This document shows positions 17,405-26,586 of a DNA stretch of 32,485 nucleotides, in pieces; the stretch's first letter is position 1, and every line of letters starts with the position of its first letter. The DNA comes from Promethearchaeota archaeon (GTDB lineage: Archaea; Asgardarchaeota; Lokiarchaeia; Sigyniarchaeales; SOKP01): contig JBHLMP010000042.1 of assembly GCA_048938025.1 (NCBI GenBank), positions 1 to 32,485 on the forward strand. Reading direction: 5' to 3'. Under the pieces are notes generated by a model. That model did not search any database and was not told the origin of the DNA. It saw nothing but the letters and a program-made list of their open reading frames with translations. Both the position numbers and the translations under genes were made by a program.

Positions 17405-18526
17405 TTAAGCGAGAAAATTTAGTTCTGCTCGAGAATTTAGCTCTTCCAATATTTTATTATACTCAGAACTTCTTTCTTCAAAATATTCGATTATTTTTCT
17501 CTCATTAGTATCTAAGTAATCATAATAAGGAAATATCACTTCTATCCGTTTAGAAAAATCTTTGATTAATCGGTCATACCATTCATTAGGTTTTTTCAAC
17601 ATATTTTTGACTTTTTTTTGCAGTTTTTCTTTTCTTAACTTATATTTTTCATGTTCATTCTTTTCGATTAATTTATCTAACTCGTCATAACTATCGGATA
17701 TTAACTTCTCTAACTTTTCCCTAAATTTAGGAATTCGATATGATTTTTTGAAAAAAGCAGGATCCCACTCATATAGATAGCGTTCATCCATTCCAGCTTC
17801 TTGCTCATTATCAGTCACTATAATATCTTCCTTAGGTACTAAAATTAATCCGAAATTTCTTTGTATTTGAGCCAGTGCTTTCTTACGGAGTATCTGATCA
17901 ATATAATTAACTTCATCTATTACTTTTTCCATGTTTTTATTGATTTTATCTATTTCTTCTTCAGAATTTTTAAGCATTATTTCTTTCTTTAACTCGTATT
18001 TCAATTCGATAAGATCATAAGTAGAAGAAATACCTCTATTTGGATCCTTTAATCTTAACCCAGCTATTCCTAAAAAATGTGAATCTGATTTTCTTTCACA
18101 ATGATCGAAGACTAATCCAAGAGCGTAAGGATTCGGGATTTGGTAACCTAATTGAGTCATACAATCAATTGGAGAATAAAAAAAACCAAAACCTGGATGT
18201 GTATGCCACCAACCAATTATAAAGTCATTTCTTTTGTCTTGGATAGATCTTTCAAAGACTGAGGCATCAATTTGCGCCATATCAACGTATTGTTTATTTT
18301 CATATTTTACACCTGCTCTATCTCCAACTACCATTGGAATTGCATCTTTTATTATAACTTCAGCTTCATTTTCTATTGATCCTATTAAGATGCCATATAC
18401 TTCACGCCATTTACTCTCATCTAAATGATCATTTGCATATCTTATAGCATAACCACAAATTTTTCTATATGCTTTATAAGTTAAATGAGCAGGTGAATAA
18501 TAAGGATCTACCTTTTTCTTTTTCAT
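17405..18526 (-). CDS. MPN+/JAMM metalloprotease (Rpn11/CSN5-like) with long helical C-terminus
   Basis: EVYGILIG and GWWHTHPGFGFFYSPID, an intact E...HxH-x7-S-x2-D motif. Confidence 0.88.
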   Translation of the reverse strand: MKKKKVDPYYSPAHLTYKAYRKICGYAIRYANDHLDESKWREVYGILIGSIENEAEVIIKDAIPMVVGDRAGVKYENKQYVDMAQIDASVFERSIQDKRNDFIIGWWHTHPGFGFFYSPIDCMTQLGYQIPNPYALGLVFDHCERKSDSHFLGIAGLRLKDPNRGISSTYDLIELKYELKKEIMLKNSEEEIDKINKNMEKVIDEVNYIDQILRKKALAQIQRNFGLILVPKEDIIVTDNEQEAGMDERYLYEWDPAFFKKSYRIPKFREKLEKLISDSYDELDKLIEKNEHEKYKLRKEKLQKKVKNMLKKPNEWYDRLIKDFSKRIEVIFPYYDYLDTNERKIIEYFEERSSEYNKILEELNSRAELNFLA

Positions 18527-18623
18527 TATTTCCTTTTTTTTTTAAAACTTTATTTCTTATTCTATATAGAATTTAAATAAAGATTTAATATATAAATTGT
18601 TTTAATGAATAATTTCTTTAAAA

Positions 18624-19166
18624 ATGAAAGTACTAGCTATTTGCGGACTACCCGGGTCTGGTAAAACTACAGCGATAGATGCTATAAGAAATTTAGGATC
18701 GGTTATTACAATGGGTGATGTTATCAGAAATGAAGCAAATAAAAAAAATCTTGCGCCTACCAGCGAAAATTTAGGTAAAATAGCTAAGGAATTGAGGTTA
18801 AATTACGGTCCTAATATAATTGCTGAAAAATGTGTAGACTTAATAAATAAGCAATATAATAATATTATTTTTATTGACGGATTGAGATCTATGGCTGAAG
18901 TAAAGGTTTTTCGAAAATACTGGAAGTTTCCTATAATTGCTATAGTTCTAGAAGAAAAAAGAAGGTTTAAAAGACTTTTTGAAAGAGCTCGAAGTGATGA
19001 TCCGAAAAGTATTGATGATTTAAAAGATAGAGATAAGAGAGAAATCGAATTTGGTATTGAAGAGGTTTTAAATAATGCAGATTACACTATTAGCAATGAT
19101 TCAACTAAGGAAGATCTTAAAGAAAGAATTAGAAAATTAGTTTTAGATTTAATTCATAACTATTAA
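18624..19166 (+). CDS. P-loop kinase, archaeal dephospho-CoA-kinase-like (UPF0200)
   Basis: GLPGSGKT, MGDVIR, IDGLRS and RARSDD motifs. Confidence 0.8.
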   Translation: MKVLAICGLPGSGKTTAIDAIRNLGSVITMGDVIRNEANKKNLAPTSENLGKIAKELRLNYGPNIIAEKCVDLINKQYNNIIFIDGLRSMAEVKVFRKYWKFPIIAIVLEEKRRFKRLFERARSDDPKSIDDLKDRDKREIEFGIEEVLNNADYTISNDSTKEDLKERIRKLVLDLIHNY

Positions 19167-19178
19167 TATAAAAATACT

Positions 19179-20087
19179 CTATTTTAAATAATCAACAATT
19201 ATTTTTGCTAAAGAAACTGTACTTACTTCATTATCAATTGAGTCAGTACCAATTATTTTATCTGCACCTGCTTTCAATATTCGATATTTAGCTTGATCTA
19301 ACAATAATGCGTGCGTAGCTACGGCATAAATTCTATTTGCTCCGCTTTCTCTAGCTAAATTAATTGCTGTCGCCATAGTACCTCCTGTTGCAATAATATC
19401 ATCTGCAATAACAACATCTTTACCTTTAAGACTCAACTTTCCTGACATCTTAATTTCACCTGTTTTCACATCTCTGCTTTTCTCGAACACGTCAACAGGA
19501 ACACTTTCTCCAAAATATTTTGCAAAAGCTTTTGATCTTTCAATTCCTCCCTTATCAGGTGATACGACAACGATATGTTCTGCTCCAAGAGTTTTTAGAT
19601 TATCTGCTAGAAGGTTCATTGAGTCAATATTAATTGCTTTACATGAACATTTCTCCAAAATCACTGGAGCGTGAACATCTACAGTATAAAATTCATCTAC
19701 ACCTAAGGAGTTAATAATTTGTATAATAACATTACCAAATTGAGTTTCTCCTGGCCTAAATATTTTATCTTGGCGAGCATATGCAAGATAAGGGACAACA
19801 ACAATAATCTTTACTGCTCCCATACGTCTAACAGAATTAATCATCATAAAAAGTTCCATTAATCTAGAATTTTGATTATTATTCGAACTAGGTCCTGTAG
19901 ATTGAATAATAATAACTTCTTTTCCAGCTATTATAGTTTCATCCTCAATATTAATTCTTAGGTAGTTTTCCCCATCTGGAAACTTTTTAACTTCAGTATT
20001 TATTGCTTCAATTCCTAATTCTTTTGCGATTTTTACTCCAAGTAGTTGAGATGCGGGTCCTACAATTAAGATACGATTTCTATCCAT
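19179..20087 (-). CDS. prs: Ribose-phosphate pyrophosphokinase
   Basis: FPDGE, PYLAYARQD, SPDKGG and DDIIATGGT motifs. Confidence 0.96.
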   Translation of the reverse strand: MDRNRILIVGPASQLLGVKIAKELGIEAINTEVKKFPDGENYLRINIEDETIIAGKEVIIIQSTGPSSNNNQNSRLMELFMMINSVRRMGAVKIIVVVPYLAYARQDKIFRPGETQFGNVIIQIINSLGVDEFYTVDVHAPVILEKCSCKAINIDSMNLLADNLKTLGAEHIVVVSPDKGGIERSKAFAKYFGESVPVDVFEKSRDVKTGEIKMSGKLSLKGKDVVIADDIIATGGTMATAINLARESGANRIYAVATHALLLDQAKYRILKAGADKIIGTDSIDNEVSTVSLAKIIVDYLK

Positions 20088-20119
20088 TTTTCCTCACTAA
20101 TTTTCAATTTAATTTTTCT

Positions 20120-20842
20120 TTATTCTAACTTTTTTAAAAATTCAAGAGAATATTTAAAAATTTCTTCTCGATGATCCTTAAAAGAGTGTCCTCCAGTTTC
20201 AAATTCAATTGCATTTTCATCATTTAATCCTAGTTGTTCTTTTATTTGATAAAAATTTTCAATTGGGATTCTTTGATCATCCTTACAATGAGCGATAAAT
20301 ATTCTTTTTCTTAAAGGATCTTCTTTTAAAAAGTATTTAGGACTTATTTTTTTAATAATATCATCTTGAAACTTTACTGTAGTTGTATGATAATCATATC
20401 TAGTACAGAGAGCTATTAATTTCTTCGCTCTTTGATCGGTATAGCCGTGTGTTAGTATTATGGCACCTCCCATACTTCTCCCAAATAAAATTATTTCTTC
20501 TTCCAAAAGCCTATTGAATTGCGTTTCTATTATCCAATCAATTACAATATGGATGTCCGAAAATATTTGTAATATCATTTTATACCATATTGACCCTGTC
20601 TGTTTTTTAGTTTCTCCATGAGCCCGATAATCATAGGAAAGAACATAATATCCTGCTTTAGCAAAATTTTCAGTATAAGATTTTACAAAAGGAGTTTCTC
20701 TATAATCCCTTAGACCCCCTAAAATCACAATAAAAGGAGCTTTTGATGGAGTATCTAAAGTATAATATATTGAACCTTTAAGATTGATATTACCTGAATT
20801 TACAGGAATATCAATATTTTCAATTATAATGTCTTCCATCAT
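20120..20842 (-). CDS. Alpha/beta hydrolase
   Basis: DYRAHGET, GRSMGG nucleophile elbow, KDD and GGH. Confidence 0.9.
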   Translation of the reverse strand: MMEDIIIENIDIPVNSGNINLKGSIYYTLDTPSKAPFIVILGGLRDYRETPFVKSYTENFAKAGYYVLSYDYRAHGETKKQTGSIWYKMILQIFSDIHIVIDWIIETQFNRLLEEEIILFGRSMGGAIILTHGYTDQRAKKLIALCTRYDYHTTTVKFQDDIIKKISPKYFLKEDPLRKRIFIAHCKDDQRIPIENFYQIKEQLGLNDENAIEFETGGHSFKDHREEIFKYSLEFLKKLE

Positions 20843-20851
20843 GAAAAAAGA

Positions 20852-21292
20852 TTAATCCTTTTTATATTTATATTTTTCAATCAACCTTCTTAACGTTGTT
20901 ATAGCTAGTTCAGCACAATGTTTATGATCTTCTGGTAGACCATTTAGAGCCCTCTCTATATCTTTTGATTTTAGATTCTCAGCAAATTCCAACGATCTCC
21001 CCTCAATTAGCATAGTTGTTTGACTTCCGCATGCAACAGTAGCGCCACATCCATCAGTAATAAAATTAGCTTTTTCAATTTTATTATTTTTGATTTTTAA
21101 AAAAAATTGCATAGTATCTCCGCAAGCACCCTCATAAATATGGCTTTCAGTTATTTCATCATTAGGTGGTTTACCCCAATTTCTTGGATTATGGTATAAC
21201 TCTATAACTCTCTGATTATAATCCTTAAGTTCTTTTTCAATAATCTCTTTTTGAAGTTGATTAACAAATTTATCAAAATCATCTTTTGACAT
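20852..21292 (-). CDS. IscU/NifU-N-like Fe-S scaffold protein
   Basis: HNPRNWG, CGD, DGCGA and LPEDHKHCA motifs. Confidence 0.9.
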   Translation of the reverse strand: MSKDDFDKFVNQLQKEIIEKELKDYNQRVIELYHNPRNWGKPPNDEITESHIYEGACGDTMQFFLKIKNNKIEKANFITDGCGATVACGSQTTMLIEGRSLEFAENLKSKDIERALNGLPEDHKHCAELAITTLRRLIEKYKYKKD

Positions 21293-21340
21293 AGACTAAT
21301 TATCCCTCTATCGTTAATATTTAAATTTTTAGATAAAAAT

Positions 21341-21628
21341 TTATTTTTCTGAAGTCTTCAAATGCGTTAATGTATGTTTTTCTAAACATTTAAAATCCTC
21401 TGGATCATTTTTATATTTCTTAACTATCTCAATTATTTTTTTGTTTAATTCTTTATGTTCGGCAAGACAATTAGTTGTACTTAAAAATTCTTCTCCACGG
21501 CGAATTACAGCTGTATTTTCTGTTACTTTAATTAATTCTGTTGCGATTACACCATTAATATAAATTAAATCTGCTAGCATATTTTTAATATATAGTAATA
21601 GTGCAATTTGTTCTTTTGGGATAGACAT
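21341..21628 (-). CDS. Hypothetical protein (probable start MSIPKEQ at 21628)
   Basis: Helical ORF co-oriented with the downstream genes; the track start at 21664 adds a low-information extension. Confidence 0.65.
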   Translation of the reverse strand: MSIPKEQIALLLYIKNMLADLIYINGVIATELIKVTENTAVIRRGEEFLSTTNCLAEHKELNKKIIEIVKKYKNDPEDFKCLEKHTLTHLKTSEK

Positions 21629-21977
21629 AATTAGATAAAGTTTCCCTATAATAAAAATTACCATTAAAAATTAAGACATATTAATTAGTAAAGAAAAGAA
21701 ATCTAAGCAAAATAAGTTATTAAATTATATATTATATAAAATAGTGCACCTAGGATCAACATTAAAATGATAATAAATCTTAATAGAAATGTCCTCAACC
21801 CATCCCGTTGAATATTGTGGGATTAATCATCAAATTATATAGAAGTAATTTTATTTGATTTAAGGTTTAATCTAAATATAAATCAAAATTAAAGTTTTAA
21901 TTGTCATTTTAGATAACGTTAACAATCTCATTTAAGGTGGTAATACTTTCGATTATAAAGATTTTCATGATGGGCTA

Positions 21978-22457
21978 TTGTCCTTAGGATTGGTTTTAAT
22001 TTTATTTTCAATAACTTTTATGATAGGATCAATTATTCTAAAACCCTATATTGCATTGGATCCTCATGATAGAGATTTTATTCTAATTCTATGTTTCATA
22101 AATATAGTGTTTTGTATATATTATTTAATGGAAGTTATTCGATTAGAAAAAGTCTTTAAATTAGAGAATAAAAATATTATTAGATTTGGTAAAAGATTAG
22201 GAATAGTCACCATTTTTTATATTCCTCATTTCTTTTTCTTAATCTCACTTTTCTTTAAAAACTTACATAATTTAGAAATAATGATGATTGTTCTAATTTT
22301 TCTTATAGAAGCATTGCTAATCTGTGTAGCGTTAAAGGAAGTTTACGATCTTTTATTCTTAGAAGAATCACAAAGAGATTTTAAAATAGAAGAAAATCGG
22401 AAAAAGTATATAGAAAAAGAAAAAAAGCCAATATTCGGGGAGATGGATGATTTTTAA
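21978..22457 (+). CDS. Hypothetical four-TM membrane protein
   Basis: Four hydrophobic segments and a charged tail. Confidence 0.7.
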   Translation: MSLGLVLILFSITFMIGSIILKPYIALDPHDRDFILILCFINIVFCIYYLMEVIRLEKVFKLENKNIIRFGKRLGIVTIFYIPHFFFLISLFFKNLHNLEIMMIVLIFLIEALLICVALKEVYDLLFLEESQRDFKIEENRKKYIEKEKKPIFGEMDDF

Positions 22458-22477
22458 TTAGTTATAATAAGATTGTT

Positions 22478-23710
22478 CTACTTTTTTGCTAATTTTTCTA
22501 TAGCAGATTCAATCATGTTTAGTTTAATTGAGTATTTTTCCATAAGTTCAGCGAACTTATCAACATCAATTTCTTTATTTTCTTTTAATAATTTTAACTC
22601 GTTTATTGTTCTAACTATTGCAGCTCTCTTATCTGCTAATTTTTCACGTTTACTGTATGGAATTTTTTGTTCTAATTTTTTTCTTTGAAAAGAATTGAAC
22701 CTCTTTATATTCAAATCTTTTGGCACGAATTTTGTTAAATAAATTGTTGATTTTGGCACAAACGGGGCTAAATTCTCTGGAATTATAATTATAGGTTCTG
22801 GATCTTGGATTTTCTTAATATCTTCATACTCTAATTGTTCCACATCACTCTCTTGAAGATTCTCCTTTACTATTGATAAATTTAAATCTATGTTTTCTTT
22901 TTCTTCACTTGAAATTGGAAGATTTTGAAGCATATTTTCCCAAATATCTCTTGCTTTAATAAAATACCATAGTGCTTTTTGCTGCAGTTTTCTGACTTTT
23001 TCTTGATTTATGTCTGTTAGTGAGGATTCTAATGATGCCTTAGCTTTAAGAGAGCATGATTTTCCCATATCATAGTGAAATTGTGCTCTTATTTGTTGTT
23101 TTTTTCCCTCTTCATGCTTCTTTAAATAGAATAAACGTTTTGATAAAGCAGAAAGTCCTGAATACAATTTCGAAGCAAAGTATATATTATTATTATTTTC
23201 TTCCTGTAAAGCTGAGATGCTCTGAGCTAAAATTCTAGCTTCCTCAGAATTTAATTCAAGATTATCAGAAGATAAACTTATACCTTTATCATTTTGATAA
23301 ATAGCTGCTGCGGAAAAATATGCAGCAGTTTTATATATTTTGCTACATTCGGTCATTGCAACAATAGAATTCTCCCATTCTTCATCTTCTTCAAATTTTT
23401 CGGAAAGTTGGGAATAAGCTCTTGCCATAACCCATAATACCCTTCCACACTCAAACATTATATCTTGAATTTGAACTTCTCGATTCTCAATCGGATCATA
23501 AAAAATAGGGGTTATATCTAGATCCTTTAAAATTCTTCTATGACTTTCACTTTCATAGTTAATATTCAATATTTTAGTATATTCGAGAATAAAATTTAGA
23601 TCATCTAAGTTAAAGTGTTCATCTTCTTTTTCTAATGCCCCTTCTATTTTTTTAATTGAGAAGTGAAGATACCTAATACGCTGCATTAGTTCATCTGGAA
23701 AAAAAGACAT
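22478..23710 (-). CDS. Putative BRO1-domain protein with C-terminal Vps23/TSG101 steadiness-box-like hairpin
   Basis: FYDP...IMFECGRVLWVMARAYSQL, KTAA, ILAQ and SKL in BRO1 order; AIVRTINEL...IDVDKF at the C-terminus. Manual comparison only. Confidence 0.6.
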   Translation of the reverse strand: MSFFPDELMQRIRYLHFSIKKIEGALEKEDEHFNLDDLNFILEYTKILNINYESESHRRILKDLDITPIFYDPIENREVQIQDIMFECGRVLWVMARAYSQLSEKFEEDEEWENSIVAMTECSKIYKTAAYFSAAAIYQNDKGISLSSDNLELNSEEARILAQSISALQEENNNNIYFASKLYSGLSALSKRLFYLKKHEEGKKQQIRAQFHYDMGKSCSLKAKASLESSLTDINQEKVRKLQQKALWYFIKARDIWENMLQNLPISSEEKENIDLNLSIVKENLQESDVEQLEYEDIKKIQDPEPIIIIPENLAPFVPKSTIYLTKFVPKDLNIKRFNSFQRKKLEQKIPYSKREKLADKRAAIVRTINELKLLKENKEIDVDKFAELMEKYSIKLNMIESAIEKLAKK

Positions 23711-23842
23711 AATAAATTCCTAAAGTTTTTTATTAAATTTAGTTAAATTAAATAATTAAATCATTATTTTAAAACTAATCTATAATAACTTTTTTGTGAA
23801 AAAATATTAGAGAATTCTAAAAATAATTAATCTACATAAAAA

Positions 23843-25162
23843 ATGAATGAAAATAATATTTTTATCTTCGAATTTGTATCCGGTGGCGGTTATAATCAAG
23901 TTGATATACCCTCTTCCTTATCTTGTGAAGGATTTGGTATGTTAAGATCTATTATCGCAGATTTTAAGGCGATGGATTTTATTGTTAGTACAATATTAGA
24001 TTACCGAATTTACTTCTTATCAAATTTATTGAAAGCGGATATAATTCATAAAGTTGATGCTAAAGATAACTACATTAATATTTTTAAGAATCAAGTTAGA
24101 AATTGTAAATATATTTTTATAATTGCTCCAGAATTTTCGAATATCTTATATGAGTTAACTGAAATTGCTAAAAATTATAAAAAGATAATATTAAGTGTGG
24201 ATTTAGAAGGTATTAAATTAGGTACTTCAAAAATAATCACGTATAGTTTTTTCAAAAAAAATAAAATAAATACTCCAAAAACATATCTGATACCTTCAAG
24301 GAATAAAAAATTTGATCTAGAATTCATAATACAAAAATTTAAGGAATTACAACGTCCTATTATTATTAAACCTGAAGATGGGGTTGGTGCAGAATCAATT
24401 TATTATTTTGGAAGTGAAAATCAAATAAGAGAGTTCTTTCATAGTTCGGATAATAGTTTTGAATATAATAGATCCTATATACTTCAAGAGTTTATTGACG
24501 GAAGAGATCTAAGTATTTCTTTAATTGGTGATTCATCCAATTTAAATTCTCAAATTGCTACACCTATTTTTTTAAGTATTAATTCACAAGATGTAGAAAT
24601 AAGAAACCTTAAAATTAAGTCTGAATATTTTGGAGGATATACACCAGTACAAGGTCAAAAGAAAATATTAAATTATTTATCTAAAATATTAAATAAAATT
24701 AATCTATCAAAATTTAGCGGGTATTTTGGTATTGATTTCATACAAAAAAAAAATAAAACCATTCACTTTTTAGAAATCAATCCAAGATTAACAACATCAT
24801 ATATAGGACTTAGAAATGTAATTGATATTAATCCAGTTGAGTTAATACTAAATTCAAAATTAAATTCAATGAAACCTATAAAATTAAAATACCATAGTCA
24901 TTCAAATTTCTCTAGAGTAGAGTTAATTTATACTGGATCTAAATCAATTAATGAAATCAAAGAGTCCTTATTACCAAAATTACTGAATATGATCTCTGAA
25001 CTTGTTACTCCTCCAATTTCATTTAATAAATCAAAATTCTTTTCTTGTTTTCTCGCAACAAAAACAAAAGATTTACAATCGTCAAAAAATAGGGTGAATG
25101 ATATATTAAGTACTTTAGAAGAATTTGATTTTAAAGTACTTAAATCAAGGTTAGTAAAATAA
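23843..25162 (+). CDS. ATP-grasp ligase (MfnD/tyramine-glutamate ligase-like)
   Basis: FEFVSGGG...EGFGML, IIAPE, IKPEDGVG, LQEFIDG and EINPRLTTSY motifs. Confidence 0.8.
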   Translation: MNENNIFIFEFVSGGGYNQVDIPSSLSCEGFGMLRSIIADFKAMDFIVSTILDYRIYFLSNLLKADIIHKVDAKDNYINIFKNQVRNCKYIFIIAPEFSNILYELTEIAKNYKKIILSVDLEGIKLGTSKIITYSFFKKNKINTPKTYLIPSRNKKFDLEFIIQKFKELQRPIIIKPEDGVGAESIYYFGSENQIREFFHSSDNSFEYNRSYILQEFIDGRDLSISLIGDSSNLNSQIATPIFLSINSQDVEIRNLKIKSEYFGGYTPVQGQKKILNYLSKILNKINLSKFSGYFGIDFIQKKNKTIHFLEINPRLTTSYIGLRNVIDINPVELILNSKLNSMKPIKLKYHSHSNFSRVELIYTGSKSINEIKESLLPKLLNMISELVTPPISFNKSKFFSCFLATKTKDLQSSKNRVNDILSTLEEFDFKVLKSRLVK

Positions 25163-26024
25163 TAGTAAAACCACCATAGTGTAATAACAGAGAAACAATC
25201 AAGGTTGTCTCGATTTTTAATCCTTTCTTTACACTCATACTATAGGATAATAGCCATAACGACCATACTTGAAGAATAATCATTAATACTTTATCTAAAA
25301 AATTAATAAAAGAAATATCAAAAATTCCACTATAAACAAAAATATAATGTAATAATAGGTACAATACCATAGGGAAAAATATAATTGCAAAAGATATAAA
25401 AAAATTTAACGTATTTTCATTTTTGTTATAAAATAGACGAGAAATTCCTTCAATAATGACAAAATATATTATAAAATTTAATAGAAAACTAAGAATTAAT
25501 AAAATTTGAAAGGCAATTTCTAAATTATTTTCATTAGTCTCTATAAAAAATAGTAATAGGGGGTAAAATTGGTTTAATCGGCTTAATATTGTCCCAATTA
25601 TTAATATTCCGATTGAGATTAAAATTGTATATATTCTATCTTCTTTTTTAAATTGAATAAATCTTCTAGATGTTATCATCATTAATCTTCTTAAAAAAGG
25701 CGATTTAAATTCTCTAATTATAAAACCCTTCTCTCTAATTAATTCAATATCGTCTTTTAAAGAATTATAAGCATGAACACCTAATTCTTTTAGATAATAT
25801 TTTTTATCCTCTTTTTGTTCTATTAATTCAGATAAAGTATCCAAATGATGATAAATCGTGCCTGTACTTACTCCTAGTTCTTTTTTAAGCATGGTAAATG
25901 AAGAAAATTCATTATCTCCAATTATCTTTATAATTTTTCTACGTAATTCATGACCTAATGCGTAGTAAAAACTTCCTTCTACATCTTGACTATTATTTTG
26001 ATTTGAATTTTCATTACTATCCAT
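25140..26024 (-). CDS. Winged-HTH (ArsR-like) domain fused to a five-TM Yip1-like domain
   Basis: ALGHELRRKII...STGTIYHHLDTL, then five TM segments including VWSLWLLSYSM. Confidence 0.7.
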   Translation of the reverse strand: MDSNENSNQNNSQDVEGSFYYALGHELRRKIIKIIGDNEFSSFTMLKKELGVSTGTIYHHLDTLSELIEQKEDKKYYLKELGVHAYNSLKDDIELIREKGFIIREFKSPFLRRLMMITSRRFIQFKKEDRIYTILISIGILIIGTILSRLNQFYPLLLFFIETNENNLEIAFQILLILSFLLNFIIYFVIIEGISRLFYNKNENTLNFFISFAIIFFPMVLYLLLHYIFVYSGIFDISFINFLDKVLMIILQVWSLWLLSYSMSVKKGLKIETTLIVSLLLHYGGFTIILLTLI

Positions 26025-26039
26025 ATTGATCGTTAAATT

Positions 26040-26477
26040 TTATCCTGATTCTTTCTCTTTTGTTAATAATATATTTATTACATTAATTACAATTAAAAGA
26101 AAACCGATTAAAAACAAATAAAAACCAACTCCTAAACTCAAGATGTAATCACTTTCTTGAGAGAGAAAATCTATAGAAAATAGTAATAGGAAACCAATAC
26201 CAACAGATGTTAATATTACTGATTTAATTCTAAGTTTAAAATCGTAGATAACAATAACACATGCCGCTAAACAAATGATGCCACTTAACATTGGAAACAA
26301 ATATAAAAAAGAATCTTCAATTGCAACACTCGTAGCAATCACAAACCTGTCTAATAATGTATAATTAGAAGACCAATAAAAAAATTCAGATAATATAAGT
26401 AATATTGAGCCAGTGAATCCGAAAATTATAAAGTCCAAACTTTTTTTAAGCTTGATTTGAAATTTTACTTTATCCAT
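26040..26477 (-). CDS. Hypothetical four-TM membrane protein
   Basis: Hydrophobic ORF 15 nt upstream of the wHTH gene; GVGFYL motif. Confidence 0.7.
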   Translation of the reverse strand: MDKVKFQIKLKKSLDFIIFGFTGSILLILSEFFYWSSNYTLLDRFVIATSVAIEDSFLYLFPMLSGIICLAACVIVIYDFKLRIKSVILTSVGIGFLLLFSIDFLSQESDYILSLGVGFYLFLIGFLLIVINVINILLTKEKESG

Positions 26478-26586
26478 ATTGAAAAACTATAAAAATTCAA
26501 AAGGAATATTATAAAAATAAAATTTAGTAAATTTATTTTTTTTTAGAATTTTTAATAAAAAAAGATTAATTATAATTTGAGTAAAA

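Noticed and set aside
16223-18428. ORFs 16223-16411, 16918-17208, 18040-18222 and 18234-18428
   Set aside because: Antisense to better-supported genes.
21767-21832. SECIS element or UGA-readthrough peptide
   Set aside because: It lies between divergent gene starts rather than in a 3' UTR, the stem geometry is poor, and the short ORF hits TAA four codons after the TGA.
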